From Eledone cirrhosa (taxonomy: Eukaryota), in contig OZ024750.1 in assembly GCA_964016885.1 (NCBI GenBank), positions 7,688,001-7,752,000 of the forward strand: a stretch of 64,000 nucleotides of DNA. The letters run 5' to 3'. Of the stretch, positions 40,599 through 55,035 are shown piece by piece. Numbering within the stretch: the first letter of the stretch is position 1; each line of letters begins with the position of its first letter. A program made the position numbers and the translations under genes. The notes beneath the pieces are model-generated. The model was given only the letters and a program-made list of their open reading frames with translations, searched no databases and was not told the origin of the DNA.

Positions 40599-41363
40599 AT
40601 ATATTATTTTAAAACTAGAAATAGCTTTGAGATGATATTTAATCAATTCATAAAAATTACAATAAATAATTCTCTGACTATGAGAAATTGGAAAGGTATT
40701 AAATCGATCAGTAAAGATTTGCAAGTTACTACAACCAATCAATATAATTGGGTAGATTATTTAACCGATCAATATTATTTGAGAAAGCATTTAAAGTATA
40801 AGATGATCAATATATAGAAAGACATTTCAAGTCTAGTGGGATACTTTTCCGATGAATAATTTCAGCAAAATGTCTTTGCTGGGCGGTTTTACATTGAATC
40901 TTCTCTCTCCATGTGCCTCGCTTTCTTTCTTCACTCTCTCTCTCTCCCCCTCTCTGTATTTGTGTCTTGTGGATACATTTGATGGGAATAGAAAGAACTA
41001 CTATTAAATAATGTACCCAATGCATCAGGTAGAAAAGGGTTTATTGAAAAGTGTCTCTTACAGGAATAGTTGTTTGTTTTGTAAAGTATTCGACTGAGTG
41101 AATTCTTAAACGAAACAATTTCGAGTAGCATGTGAATATATGAGATCATATTGAGTTAACATAACCAACAAACATGACCTGAAAAATAAAGAAACAGAGA
41201 TGGTACCAACTATAGTAATGTTATAACACAGGTATAATTATGGCTGTGATATCATAAATAATTTTGGAACAAAAACAATTTTTACACTGATTTTAAAACC
41301 ATCTTAATAATTTCAGTAGCACATATTTTACGAGATATGATGAAATCATTTTTGTAAATAATA

Positions 41364-41794
41364 TATATGAAATATTCTGTATTAACAATATACTGTATCA
41401 TATATGAAATATTCTGTATTAACAATATACTGTATCATATATGAAATATTCTGTATTAACAATATACTGTATCATATATGAAATATTCTGTATTAACAAT
41501 ATACTGTATAATATATGAAATATACTGTATTAACAATATACTGTATCATATATGAAATATACTGTATCAACAATGTACTGTATCATATATGAAATATACT
41601 GTATTAACAATATACTGTATCATATATGAAATATACTGTATTAACAATATACTGTATCATATATGAAATATACTGTATTAACAATATACTGTATCATATA
41701 TGAAATATACTGTATTAACAATATACTGTATCATATATGAAATATACTGTATCAACAATGTACTGTATCATATATGAAATATACTGTATTAACA
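41364..41794. repeat. 37-bp minisatellite, about 11.5 copies
   Basis: ATATATGAAATATACTGTATTAACAATATACTGTATC repeated. Confidence 0.95.
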
Positions 41795-42436
41795 AAAATA
41801 TTTTCCCAGAACTATGCCAGTTAATAATTCAGACATTTTTGGCTATGATAGTGGTACATTTACAGCTAAAGCATATGAACACATTATCACAACGGATCTC
41901 ATAACAATATACCACGTAACTAATACGAGCGGTGGACACCACATCGGATCTACTCTGTTTAGTGTTGAGCTCTGTATGATTATTTGTTCTATAACCATAA
42001 TATCGAGTGGACAAAGAGATTCGCATATTGACTGTTGTGTTTTATAGAGTTACTATAATTGGATTGCCCGTAAAAATCAAACAATAGACTATCTATTTAC
42101 ACCTGCTTTTCAGCAAGTAATCAAGTGCAACATGATCATATTATAACTAACCCCATTTTCTAAAATACTTCCAGGTGATGAAACCGTCGGTGGTGAAGGT
42201 ACACATGGTGGAGGTATTAGATGATCTACAGATCTCAAATATATATTTTAAGGCGAGATTACTTATTCAAGAATGTTTGAATAAAGTCAGAGCCTCTCCC
42301 TTCAAGACTGAAAGAGGATACGTTACTTGCACACGTAAGTTACTTACATTATATATGTGTGTGTGTATGTGTGGTTGTGTGAGTATATTTATATGTACAC
42401 CTCTCTCTCTCTCTTATATATATATATATATAATGG

Positions 42437-42469
<33 letters not shown>

Positions 42470-42504
42470 CGTTCGTGTTTACTTTTCTACCCTTTGCCCT
42501 GATT

Positions 42505-42545
42505 CTTTCTTCTGATGAAGGACTAGCGCCCGAAACGTTAATACC
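42505..42545 (+). ncRNA. Minimal hammerhead-like motif (family H; diverged sister at ~30245-30280)
   Basis: CTGATGA-AGG-ACTAGCG-CCC-GAAA-CG-TT with palindromic ACGT stem III; stem I is weak. Confidence 0.55.
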
Positions 42546-45500
42546 TTCTTCCTGCTATTTCAAGCGTTAACCTAATATATTCCTTTCATTTACAGTACCG
42601 ATCGTGTTGTTATTTCTGTTCACCTTTTACACATACACGCACACACATATTTATTAAAATAACAGAGTAAAGTTTAAGCAAAGAATCGCTGCTGTCACCC
42701 TTAACGGGATATTGTTTCCATCGGTTGGACGTGATTTGGGGCACATTTGGCTACTATTTCTAGCAGATAAATTGATCATCTAAAGACACTCTCATCCTCG
42801 AATTAATTTGTCTTTCTAATTTGATAGATTTTATGAAGTTGATTGGTTGTTAATTAATTGCTGATTGTCATGATCAATTTAAATTAACTATATTCGAAAC
42901 AAATCAATGCACACACCTGCTTGTCCTTCGTCTTGAAACTCAGATATACGTTGCCACACATGTATCATATAGATTATATAAATTCCTAGATATGTGAGCA
43001 GACCTTCTGAATTTTGTAGAGTTTTGATGAAACCTAGTTTAGGGGCTTTATATGACATTTTACTGTGAGACACACTTCTACACCAAGCAGAAATAATAAA
43101 GAAAGACGTGAAGTTATTTCCAACAATACAATGATCTGGCGTGTCCAATAATGTCCTATATATGCATTGATATTGATAGTTGTATATTAAACATACCACA
43201 TAAAACCTTGTTCACTTATATGTCTGGAACTATGACTGTATTGTAGACCTATCTCTCAGCTTATTGTAGATTACACTTAACCAATTGAGAAGGAAAGAGA
43301 GTCAGTGAGATAGAAAGATAGCGTGATATGGATAGAAAGAATAACATAAAATATACACTCCTCAAACTGTATTTCAAGAGTATATACTTCAGAAAGATTA
43401 AACAGACGGCGTAGGTTGATCTGATATGTTGCCATTCTTTCAGGCAGAAAGAATCTAACGGCAGAAACTTAATGACACTCTTAGTCTACGAATTATATTC
43501 TTGTTATAGTTTATTGCAGAGCCTTTCGGCACCTTTTGTTTCTTTACGTACAAGAGAAGAGTTTTCATATGATTAATTTCTGATTCCTTGCTTGGATATT
43601 CTATTATTTCTTCTTTTATGTTGTAGTTTAATAGCCAGATGCCTCACCAGAAAAAATACTAGCGTAAGACGTAACGTTGATATGAAGTATCATTCAGCTT
43701 GATTTAAACAAAAAAAACCAATATCCGCAAGAGCTTTACACAGAAACTATGTTCAAGGATATTTAATTTAACACTCAAGTTCGATCATGTCTAATTTTAA
43801 CAACATTTAATCTTACCACACGAACTAGAAACCGAACTATGGCCACACAGACATGAAATGAGAATGTTAAACAAGCATGTCCCGAACAGAGATATATCTG
43901 ACAATGACCGACGGTGTTCTCGAGCTTTTAAATAATTCACCATACTGAACATCTCAACATAAAACTAACAGACATGAATGGCTGTTGTTCATAGGTGCTG
44001 GGTATGTAAAGAGGGTGGAGAAGGGGAAGACTTGAATATCACACCTTGCCTAAAGGATTCATAATAGTAATAATATTGAAATAAACGAAAGAGAAAATAT
44101 ATTTAATTACTATTTTACACTGTGAATACCAGCGTGTAATGTTACAGTTATTTAAGAGTGATAGTCGAATAATGAAAATTGGATAAACATGTATAGTCGT
44201 TTTATATTCTGATCAGGTTAATTAGTTCTTTTTTACAAAAACAAACACACGTGTTTTATTCTCTTTATTTCAATATTAAGTATTTTCTAAAAAAAAATCA
44301 TTATTTTCTTATTTATGAAAGGTAAATTAAATGCTGGTTATCATAATATCAACTGCAATATTTTCTAAAGCTCTTATTAATATTGGTAAATATAGAAATA
44401 CAATGGTATTAGTTACGTCATGTCATGATCTGCATTCAAGTCCAGTTGAAGCTAACTTTACATGGCAAATATTTGAAAAAGTTCGTATGCAAATATACTC
44501 TAGAAAACAAAAGATAAATGTTATTAATTCTCAGGTAACATTTTCCCACGTTGTTTAAAACCCGTTAGCTTTCCCAGACGTCATACATTTCTTAAATACA
44601 TAGAAACTGATCCCAACCCCCATAGAAAAATAATGTGAAGTTTGATATTTTGTCAACTCAAGTTGTAGGTGAAAGTATCTGCCATAAAAATACAATGGGA
44701 GAGTTTGAAAATCTTATGACTGATTCCAGCGTAGATATTTCTGTGACAGATTCCAGCGTAGATAGTTCTATGATTGTTTCCAAAGTAATAATGAGGTTAA
44801 AGTTAAGCTATTCAATTAAGTGATGCCATATTAACTGTAGTGAAACAATTGTAACTGTCTGTAACAGTCTAGTCATTGCTAAAGGTGGTTTCATGTTACT
44901 ATATTAGTTAATTCTTACGAGGCAACTCTTCCTTTCATAGAGTGATTTTTAACCAGATATTGTAATCGTCAACTTGCAGTCCCTTGAAATGTTTTGCCCT
45001 AGCGACTATACAGGATGAGTATAAAGTCGTTGAAACCACAAAACACACTGAGCTTTTTGTTTTATAGATGTCATTTTGTTACTAAAATTTACAACTACTT
45101 CCTGTAGAAGAGAAAATGTAAAACGTGTTCAGAAAAACTTTAAACTTTAAATTTATAAATTAAAACAATGAAAAAGTAAAATCTCAAATAATTTCTGAGA
45201 TATGGTATTTCATAACCAGGGAAATAATTTATACTCACTCTATATAATGGGCGTATTAAACCGATTAAATACTGACCAATAGTGATGAAGTACAGCGCCA
45301 AGATCAAAACCACTTGAACGAATATAAAATATACATGAGAGAGAAAAACGTTGAATTTGTTTACGAAAACCTCTTTTGTGTCTTTGTTTAATTTCTGTTT
45401 GTTGCTTATCAGCTTTAACAATTGATCAATTGGTTTATGATTGCTTAGAACTGTGAGGGTGACCTAACAGACTGAGGCACTCGTTAGATAAATCAATGAG

Positions 45501-45744
45501 TTAATCAATAATTTACTTATCTCAGGCAAACATAATAAATATAGTCCGTTGCTAGACATTGAGTTGATTAGCCACTGTTGCATTAAAAATGAGGTAAATG
45601 GAAGATTAAGCATTCATAACTTTTTCAAGGGTTTTAGGAAAATAGAGTAAGGAAAATATTTGAGAGTGAAAAGTTTATTTATTCTACAAGAGATTGGGTT
45701 ACATGTGTGTTCGATACCTCAGATTTCAACGTTCAAATCTTACT

Positions 45745-45965
45745 TAGCGTGGCCTAACGCTAAGGTGTTGTGTTCTTGAGCGAAACGCTTCATTTCACGT
45801 TATTCCAGTATACTCAGCTGAAAATGAGTAGCAGCAGTAGATGCTCGGGCAAGGGGGTAAACCTGCGATGGACTGGCGTCCTGTCCAGTGGAAGTTGTGT
45901 ACTCTCAATTGTTTCACGCCATGGAAACCGCCGGGATAAGTATCGATCTGATGAGTCTTTGGGCT
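45745..45965 (+). mobile_element. SINE body with CORE-like and CCTGCGATGGACTGGCGTCCTGTCCAG (V/Meta-type) segments
   Basis: Homologous to the 27533 SINE core; carries a conserved central-domain motif. Confidence 0.6.
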
Positions 45966-46501
45966 GGAGATATACATTTTCAGCTTCCCTTTCTATTATG
46001 AATCAATACAAGATGCACTAGAAATCTCTCATGTCTGCTCCAGTCAATTACGTACCAGTTTCTGTAGAGCAGTCTTCTGTCTCATAGAATCTATACATAT
46101 TTTTCTTGGTTCATTTAGTTTCCGTCCATATTCATATAATTGAAATTATTATATTCTGAGATATGCCAGTCAATTTATCGAGTCTATTTTTTTTTTGTTT
46201 TTATCTAAGCAATTTTCATTTCTATCTCATTTGATGCAGATTTTTTGATGTCTAGTGATTAGACATAGAGAAACATTGTCCATTTATTCAGACCAATATG
46301 TATTATCGCATTGATCTTTGAAAGACGAAACTATATATATATATATATATAGTTTATTGAAGCCAAGCGTGAATTTTGTTACACTGGAATTTCGTCTGTT
46401 TACTCACAGAGTCGTCAAACAAAACGAAGCAGACAACTGGGTGTAGTAGTCGGAGTTGAACGGCTAAAAACAGTTACAATTCCTCCACTCTCCTCACTTT
46501 A

Positions 46502-46588
<87 letters not shown>

Positions 46589-46620
46589 TACATACATACA
46601 TACATACATACATACATACA

Positions 46621-47135
46621 TGGTGGCTGCCAACTCGTTTTCGAGTACGGCCACTACTTTATATCCATGTAGGAGAACCCCTACCGATGCGCTGAACGAG
46701 TGTGACTTTTTAGTCCAGCCAGCGACTTGAAAACTCTGGTACAAACACTACACTTGTGACAATTATTGACACATAGTGCTGGGCCTATGGTACCATGTGA
46801 TGACAAGTGCAGAGAGAACTCCAGATATAAAGCAATGCCTGTGCCGTGAATCTTTTATAGTGAGCAAAGGCACTGCACAAAGCCAGTCCCACTCTCTTAA
46901 CCAAGATGATATTTACCAAAAAGAAGAACAAGTCAACATCATTGGATACCATCAGGGTTGCAGGTGTTATATCAGTTTTCCTTCTCCTAGAATTCTGCCT
47001 TGACAAAGGCTAAGGGGTCATCTCTCCCGGTGATTTTGAATGGCCATTGACTCTTAAGAGCTCCTTTGCCCTTTGACAGGTTTTGTTTTTAGTCCTGCAG
47101 GATGTCCAAAGTCACCCTCCTCACCAAGAAACCTT
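46621..47135 (-). mobile_element. Second, longer copy of the (TATG)n-embedded retroposon
   Basis: Reverse complement of 18261-18720 plus about 57 bp of extra 5' sequence; (CATA)n on both sides. Confidence 0.85.
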
Positions 47136-47680
47136 ACATACATACATACATACATACATACGTCCGTCCGTCCGTCCGTCCGTCCGTCCGTCCGTCCGTC
47201 CGTCTGAATTGCGAAAGCCATGGGCACATCTCGCATGAAATAAACTGTGTTATTTTCATGGCTTCCAGATGCCCTGCAAAGGCGGTGAATACAATACTTT
47301 CCTGGTAGCCTACTATAAAAATAACAACGAAACAGTAAAGAAATATATGTTCGGACGTTTCGATGGTATTTTAACATTGAATAATTAAAATATTGATATA
47401 GAGCATATTAATTTAGCTTGATCTATGTCTATATAGTCACTAGACTTGCTAAAGACTGAGGGGAAGGGAAATATTTCTATTGGCCTTTCCATTGATGATA
47501 CTATCGTAACTCCTGCTAGATGGAGCAACGTAAAATAAAGTATTTTGTTTGAGAATACAAGGCCCCACCCTGTCTAGGAATCGAACTTACGTCCTTAGGG
47601 TCAATAGGCTATTTGTCTTCAATACAAAAGAAATCTCTCCATCTAATAATATACTATTATATTATGACCCTTTATACGGT

Positions 47681-48177
47681 CGTGGATTGGCAGTATCGAT
47701 AGAGGGTCTGACGCCATGCTTTGCAGCAAAGAGTTACGGCCCTTTATGATCTGAGTTCAATTCCCACCGAGGTTAACTTTGCCTTTCATCCTTATGGTGT
47801 CGATAAAATAAAGTACCAGTAATACACTGGATAATTGCTGGCCTTGTGCCAAAAGTAGAAACAATTATATTATGGCCGTTTCTGTTCTAAGTTCAAATCT
47901 CGCCGAGGTTAGCTTTGACTTTCATGCTAACGGGGTCGATGAAATAAAGTACCAGTAACGCACTAGGGTCTATGTAATTGACTTACCCCTTCCCTCAAAA
48001 TTGTTGGCGTTGTGCCTAAGTGAGAAACCATTATATTATGGTCCTTTATGCTCTGAGTTCTAATCCCAACGTGGTTAACTTTGCCTTTCATCCTTACGGT
48101 GTCGATAAAATAAAGTACCAGTAATGCAATGGGGGTAATTGCTGGCCTTGTGCCAAAAGTAGAAACAATTATATTAT
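47681..48177 (+). mobile_element. Three tandem tRNA-derived SINE units
   Basis: One full copy followed by two 5'-truncated copies. Confidence 0.9.
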
Positions 48178-48659
48178 AAAAAATGAACACACTAACTTAT
48201 ATCGTCTTATTGGCACTACGTCTAAAACAGGCAGGATGGTCATGGCTGGGACAAATGTAATTATATATCTCCTCGTTCAGAATTAATCTACGACAAAAAA
48301 CAACACCGTCTTTCACTAATATATTTATATGTAATAATATTACAATAATAATTAGAATATCTATTATTTACCTTTGTCACATTTACGTTAATCTTCATTA
48401 AATTGTGTTTTATACGAGATAAGTAAATGCTATTTCTAACATATGAAATTATGGTTGGAAATATTAACTAGTCAGTTATAAGAATGTGACGTCAGTGTTG
48501 TCAAGATAACAGAGCAACAATAAATAGCTTAAGAAGTATCAATCAGATAGAACAACTTATTGAACTATGAACTCCATTTACAAAAGTAATGTCTAGAATC
48601 AGAGAGAACACTGTAACTAATAAATTCCATTCTAGACAGCTCAAGACAACAGACAGACA

Positions 48660-48968
48660 CATACAGACATACACACGCACACATACGGACATACACACGC
48701 ACACATACGGACATACACACGCACACACACGGACATACACACGCACACATACGGACATACACACGCACACATACGGACACACACACGCACACATACGGAC
48801 ATACACACGCACACATACGGACATACACACGCACACATACGGACATACACACGCACACATACGGACATACATACGCACACATACGGACATACATACGCAC
48901 ACACACGGACATACACACGCACACATACGGACATACACACGCACACATACGGACATACACACACATAC
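48660..48968. repeat. 22-bp minisatellite (ACACACGCACACATACGGACAT)
   Basis: Directly visible. Confidence 0.95.
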
Positions 48969-49400
48969 CTTTGTATAATGAAAAGCGACGAAAAACCATA
49001 TATATATATTTATATATATATATTTCGTTTCTGAATTTTGGCAACATGTCCCTCCCAAAGTATAACAATATATATATATATATATATAGTATAAAGAAAA
49101 CGAAAAATCAGTGATGCATCTGGACTTAATTTATTGCGTGTTACAATTGTTTCGCCGGCAGGTAGCTCGAGACATGGTCCCTCATGTTTTCAATAATGTC
49201 ACTTTGACGAATCAAAGAAAGGAAAAAAGAAAAGAAAAACAGATCCTTAAATATATTTTCCGTACTATTTCCCTTTTCACATTTTCTCTCTCTCTCTGTC
49301 TCTCTCTATCTCTGTCTGTCTGTCTCTCTCTGTTTCTGTATGTCTGGCTCTCTCTGTTTCTCTCTCTCTCTCTCTCTTTATATATATTTATATATATATA

Positions 49401-49437
<37 letters not shown>

Positions 49438-49603
49438 GATAACAAGTTATCGTTATAGGTGATCTACTTAGAGGTAGTCCAGTTAGAGTACTCCGTGTTG
49501 TGAATGGTTTTAATGTGCGGCTTAGTTTGACTCAACAAGATGCTTCCATAGTGATGCAGCGAGTTGGCGGTAGTTACTTATGCAGGTTATACTTGGAGTA
49601 ATA

Positions 49604-49870
49604 ATAGTTAAAGAAAGAAGAGTAACATGGTTGGCTGTACATTAAGGGTTTTATTCAAATTGCTGACAATTGTTTCGTTGATCTGTTGCGTCTAGAGTTC
49701 ACTAATCGCTTGATACTGTGTCAATCGATCAACAACGTATTGGAGATCGATTGACGCAGGTCAAGCGATTAGCGAACTCTAGACGCAACAGATCAACGAA
49801 ACAATTGTCAGCAATTTGAATAACGCCCTTAATGTACAGCCAACAATGTTACTCTTCTTCCTTTAACTAT
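49604..49870. mobile_element. Fold-back element, family F (~127-bp arms)
   Basis: Arms 49604-49730 and 49745-49870; GAAACAATTGTC at 49798-49809. Confidence 0.85.
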
Positions 49871-50134
49871 ATATAGAGGTGTGATGTGTGTAGTGTGAGA
49901 GAGTGCAGCTGTGTACTTATATGGGATATAAATATGTGTTATTCTTCGCATCGTATTGATTTTGAAAGCAGTCCCGTTTTCGATTTTTCTGATGACGTGG
50001 CTTTCGAACCCAACAGCAAACAGTTATGGAATCATGATATGCAACTCATTACATGAAATGGCCTGAGAGCAATATTATTATGGCCACGCTCGTTATGTAT
50101 CACACGGATATACTGAGCGCTTATATATGTGCAT

Positions 50135-50380
50135 TTTGCCTTTCATCCTTACGGGGTTCGATAAAATAAAGTACCAGTAATACACTGGGATAATTGCTGG
50201 CCTTGTGCCAAAAGTAGAAACAATTATATATATTTCCAGCATAGTTACATCTCTTTACATTCTGAGATCAAATCCCGTCGAGGTTAACTTTGCCTTTCAT
50301 CCTTACGGGGTCGATAAAATAAATTACCAGTAATGCACTGGAATAATTGCTGGCCTTGTGCCGAAAGTAGAAACAATTAT
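50135..50380 (+). mobile_element. Two tandem 5'-truncated tRNA-derived SINEs
   Basis: Homology to the other copies. Confidence 0.88.
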
Positions 50381-50438
50381 ATATATATATATATATATAT
50401 AAATGTATGCATATATACACATACATACGCACACACAC

Positions 50439-50486
<48 letters not shown>

Positions 50487-50839
50487 GCATGCAGTTTACT
50501 GTCTTACTCAACGCTAACTAGGGTTAATCTAGTAATAGAGTATTTCTCTATACAATTAGCGCTGTAATGGAAGTATTGAACAACTACTTAGGGCTATCAA
50601 TAAATATAAATGTGATCAGCAACCAAATGACCAACAAATCATCCAATAAAGATATCAAAATTATTGATATATCCTACAAATTAATTATGGTCATCAATAA
50701 AACTTAATACAGCTAATATTAAGTAATCGATAATCGACGCAATCAATAAATACATTATATATATATATATATACACATTTAAACATATGTATATATATAT
50801 ATATACAAATTTAATTACATATATATATATATTATAAAT

Positions 50840-51027
50840 ATTCGGGCCCTCGGCGGCTGAGCTGTTGCCATTTCAACAGCTAGTTACCGACTCTTTAAAA
50901 CAAAACCATACTCTACTATCCCAAGTATCGAGTACTCTGGTGAGTAAGAGTAAAGGTCTAACCAGTTTCAAACTGAATCCATCCTGATATATATAGGAAA
51001 AGAGTCAGGACCCCGACGGCTGAGCTT
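50840..51027. mobile_element. Family A composite element
   Basis: Minus-strand degenerate core TTAAAGA-GTCGGT..AGCTGTT-GAAATGGC..GCCGCC, then a plus-strand tail and a further fragment. Confidence 0.65.
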
Positions 51028-52334
51028 ATATTTTAATTACACGTACGCATACGCATAGGTATACACACGCGTGTACACGCACAGATACGTTTATTTAATC
51101 ATACATGCACACACAGAGAACGGAATATATCTATGTGAGTAAGTTCCCACATTTAGATGTATTCATTCATTTAAACAGTGAGACCTAATCAATCTAAATG
51201 TATCTTTAATTGAGTTATTAGTTGGTTAGTTTCCGTGAGCCGTGTCATGTCTATCAGTTGGTATAATGTTATATAGTAGGATTGTAGAAGTGTAATGGAC
51301 TTCGTGTTTACTACCTATCACTAATTCATGACTTTTATTCAATAAACTGTCATTTGAGATCATAATATTGGAGAATTTCACGGGAGCAGAGCAGCTATTT
51401 TCTCCGTTGTTCTGGATAAGGTTTGGCCCATTTATGTACTCCATTCAAAATGTTTATGGTTGGGATTTATTCTGGGGTCTACAACATATGTGTGTGTGTG
51501 TGTATTTGAGTGTGTGTGTGTGTCTGTGTGTATGTTTGGGAGTGTTTGAGAGTGTATATGTCTGTCTGTGTGTGTGAGACATTTTTAGATATCAAGTAAT
51601 TCACAAATCAGCGGACTCTAACAGTATGTGTCTTGTAACAGCAACAAAAGTATCTGCAGCAGCAACAACAACAGCAACAATAGCAAATAAATGATGACGA
51701 GGACACCAAAACTGGAATAATTTAACCCTGTTATCCAATGGAAAAATTGATATTTTCACAACAACTAAACATTGTAACTTCTGTACCTATCGGTTACTAT
51801 TAATCAAAATATCACGTTTGTTAATGTAAGGAAGAACTGAGAAATACATTTTTCAACATTTAAGTTGCTGTTTTGTAACACCTGGTCAGCCATAATTTAG
51901 CAAACTTATGATAAAATACATTACAGCTATCATCATCACTTTGATTATTATATATCTAAGAAACGTCCTACAAATATCTTCATTTTAAAAGACTTAGTGT
52001 GTGTGATTAGAAGAAATTTAGTTGCTATTTCTAGCAGGTTGAATTACCGAAAAGTGGCTCCATCGTTGGCCGAATATATCCACTAAGATATTTATAGTGG
52101 CAGGAAAGATGTGTACATTAACTATGGTGTTACAAATGAAATCCCTTGTAGCTAAGTTAGATATCAATTGAGCGTTGTTTCCTGTGTAGAACCATAATGA
52201 TACTCAACTCACGTATATCCCCTTCACTATAGCTCCTTCTCTTCTCTCTCTCTCAACCTCTCTCTTCTCATATCTATACGAAGACCGCAGTGTTCTTCAG
52301 TTCTTTAATCAAATTTTATTGACACATTTAGAGC

Positions 52335-52947
52335 TCATATAATATACATATATACAGAAACACACACAGACATATAATATACAGAAACACACACAGACAC
52401 ACATAGACATATACATACAGAAACACACACAGACGTAGACATATAATATACATATATACATACAGAAACACACACACACACATAGACATATACATACAGA
52501 AACACACACAGACATAGGCATATAATATACATATATACATACAGAAACACACACACACACACACATAGACATATACATACAGAAACACACACAGACATAG
52601 GCATATAATATACATATATACATACAGAAACACACACACACACACACATAGACATATACATACAGAAACACACACAGACGTAGGCATATAATATACATAT
52701 ATACATACAGAAACACACACACACACATAGACATATACATACAGAAACACACACAGACGTAGGCATATAATATACATATATACATACAGAAACACACATA
52801 GACATATACATACAGAAACACACACAGACGTAGGCATATAATATACATATATACATACAGAAACACACACAGACATATACATACAGAAACGCACACAGAC
52901 ATAGGCATATAATATACATATATACATACAGAAACACACAGACATAG

Positions 52948-52955
<8 letters not shown>
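52335..52955. repeat. Higher-order CA/TA-derived minisatellite (~65-80-bp unit)
   Basis: Directly visible. Confidence 0.92.
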
Positions 52956-52980
<25 letters not shown>

Positions 52981-52985
<5 letters not shown>

Positions 52986-53160
52986 TGAGATTCTACAGGA
53001 CTAGAACCGTTTCATTATTTAGAAATCATCAGATTCCTGATGATTTCTAACGAATGAAACAGTTCTAGTCCTGTAGAATCTCATCTATATTAACACTTTT
53101 ATACTCTAAGTATTGAATATCTTACTTACTGTGGTTACCTCCGATTCAACCCGGAATAAC
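52981..53160. mobile_element. Family B fold-back with intact CTGATGA/GAAA core
   Basis: Arms 52981-53032 and 53037-53088 with a 4-nt loop; tail follows; flanked by (TA)n. Confidence 0.85.
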
Positions 53161-54042
<882 letters not shown>

Positions 54043-54254
54043 ACTATTAGCTTATTGGGTAGAATACCTATTATTTGGCAAAGTAGGGAATAAGGTTGCT
54101 TGAAATAAATAATTCTGTATCTTTATTTTGGTAACATTAGTGAGACTGTATGGATGAAGGAAGATAGGAAATCTATGGCCAATTTCAATCCTATCTGCCA
54201 AAGAAATACTATTCATACCAAAGGGGAAATAATATAGGTCTTTTTTTTTTAATA

Positions 54255-54685
54255 TAATTGTATCTATATTTGGTAGAAGGCCAGTAATTTGCTGGAGAGG
54301 CCAACAGTTATCCCAGTGTATTACTGGTACTTTATTTTATCGACCTCGTAAGGATGAAAGGCAAAGTTAACCTCGGCGGCAACAAAACAACAATGTACAA
54401 ATAATAATAAATAATAACAAAAAAATTCTAAAACAGGCACAAAACCAATAATTTAGGGAACAGGTAATTATTTCACTGACTCTTGTAAGATAAATGGCTT
54501 ATCTAATAATGATTTCTACTATAGGCACAAGGCCAGCAATTACCCCAGTGTATTACTGGTTCTTTATTTTATTGACCCCGTAAGGATGAAAGGCAAAGTT
54601 AACCTCGGTGGGATTTGAACTCAGATCATAAAGGGAGGTAACTCTATGCTTCAAAGCATGGCGCCCGTCCCTCTACCGATACTAC
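54255..54685 (-). mobile_element. Cluster of tRNA-derived SINE copies and fragments
   Basis: Near-full copy at 54506-54685; truncated copy at 54255-54380. Confidence 0.85.
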
Positions 54686-55035
54686 TACTACTAATAATAA
54701 TAATAATAATACGCTGTCCCAGCACACAGCCGTCTGTGCAACTAGAGTGTCCTGACATCAATCTCCAGATAATAGTTACTCCATATATCTGATTTTGCAG
54801 ATTATACTTTCTTAATTTGTCAATCTTCCTCGATAGTCCGTACTAGTTTCGTGCTGTTGCTAAGGGCAACAAATAACTATAACAACCATAAAGTTTTAAT
54901 GCAAGCTATATCGATTACTAATGCTGTGATCGTGTGTCGGCACCTGTTTTCTCTGCCAGGTCTCAAGTAGACCATCTCTGATATTCAACATTTACTCCAT
55001 AACATCACAGATTCACTTAAACGAAAAAAAAAGGC

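Noticed and set aside
38584-41794. Regular short repeats as a possible CRISPR array
   Set aside because: No unique spacers, no cas genes and a eukaryotic context; these are minisatellites
38525-50030. Isolated CTGANGA heptamers (38525, 38571, 39142, 45948, 49989)
   Set aside because: No correctly placed stem II/GAAA/UH; expected by chance or part of a SINE tail
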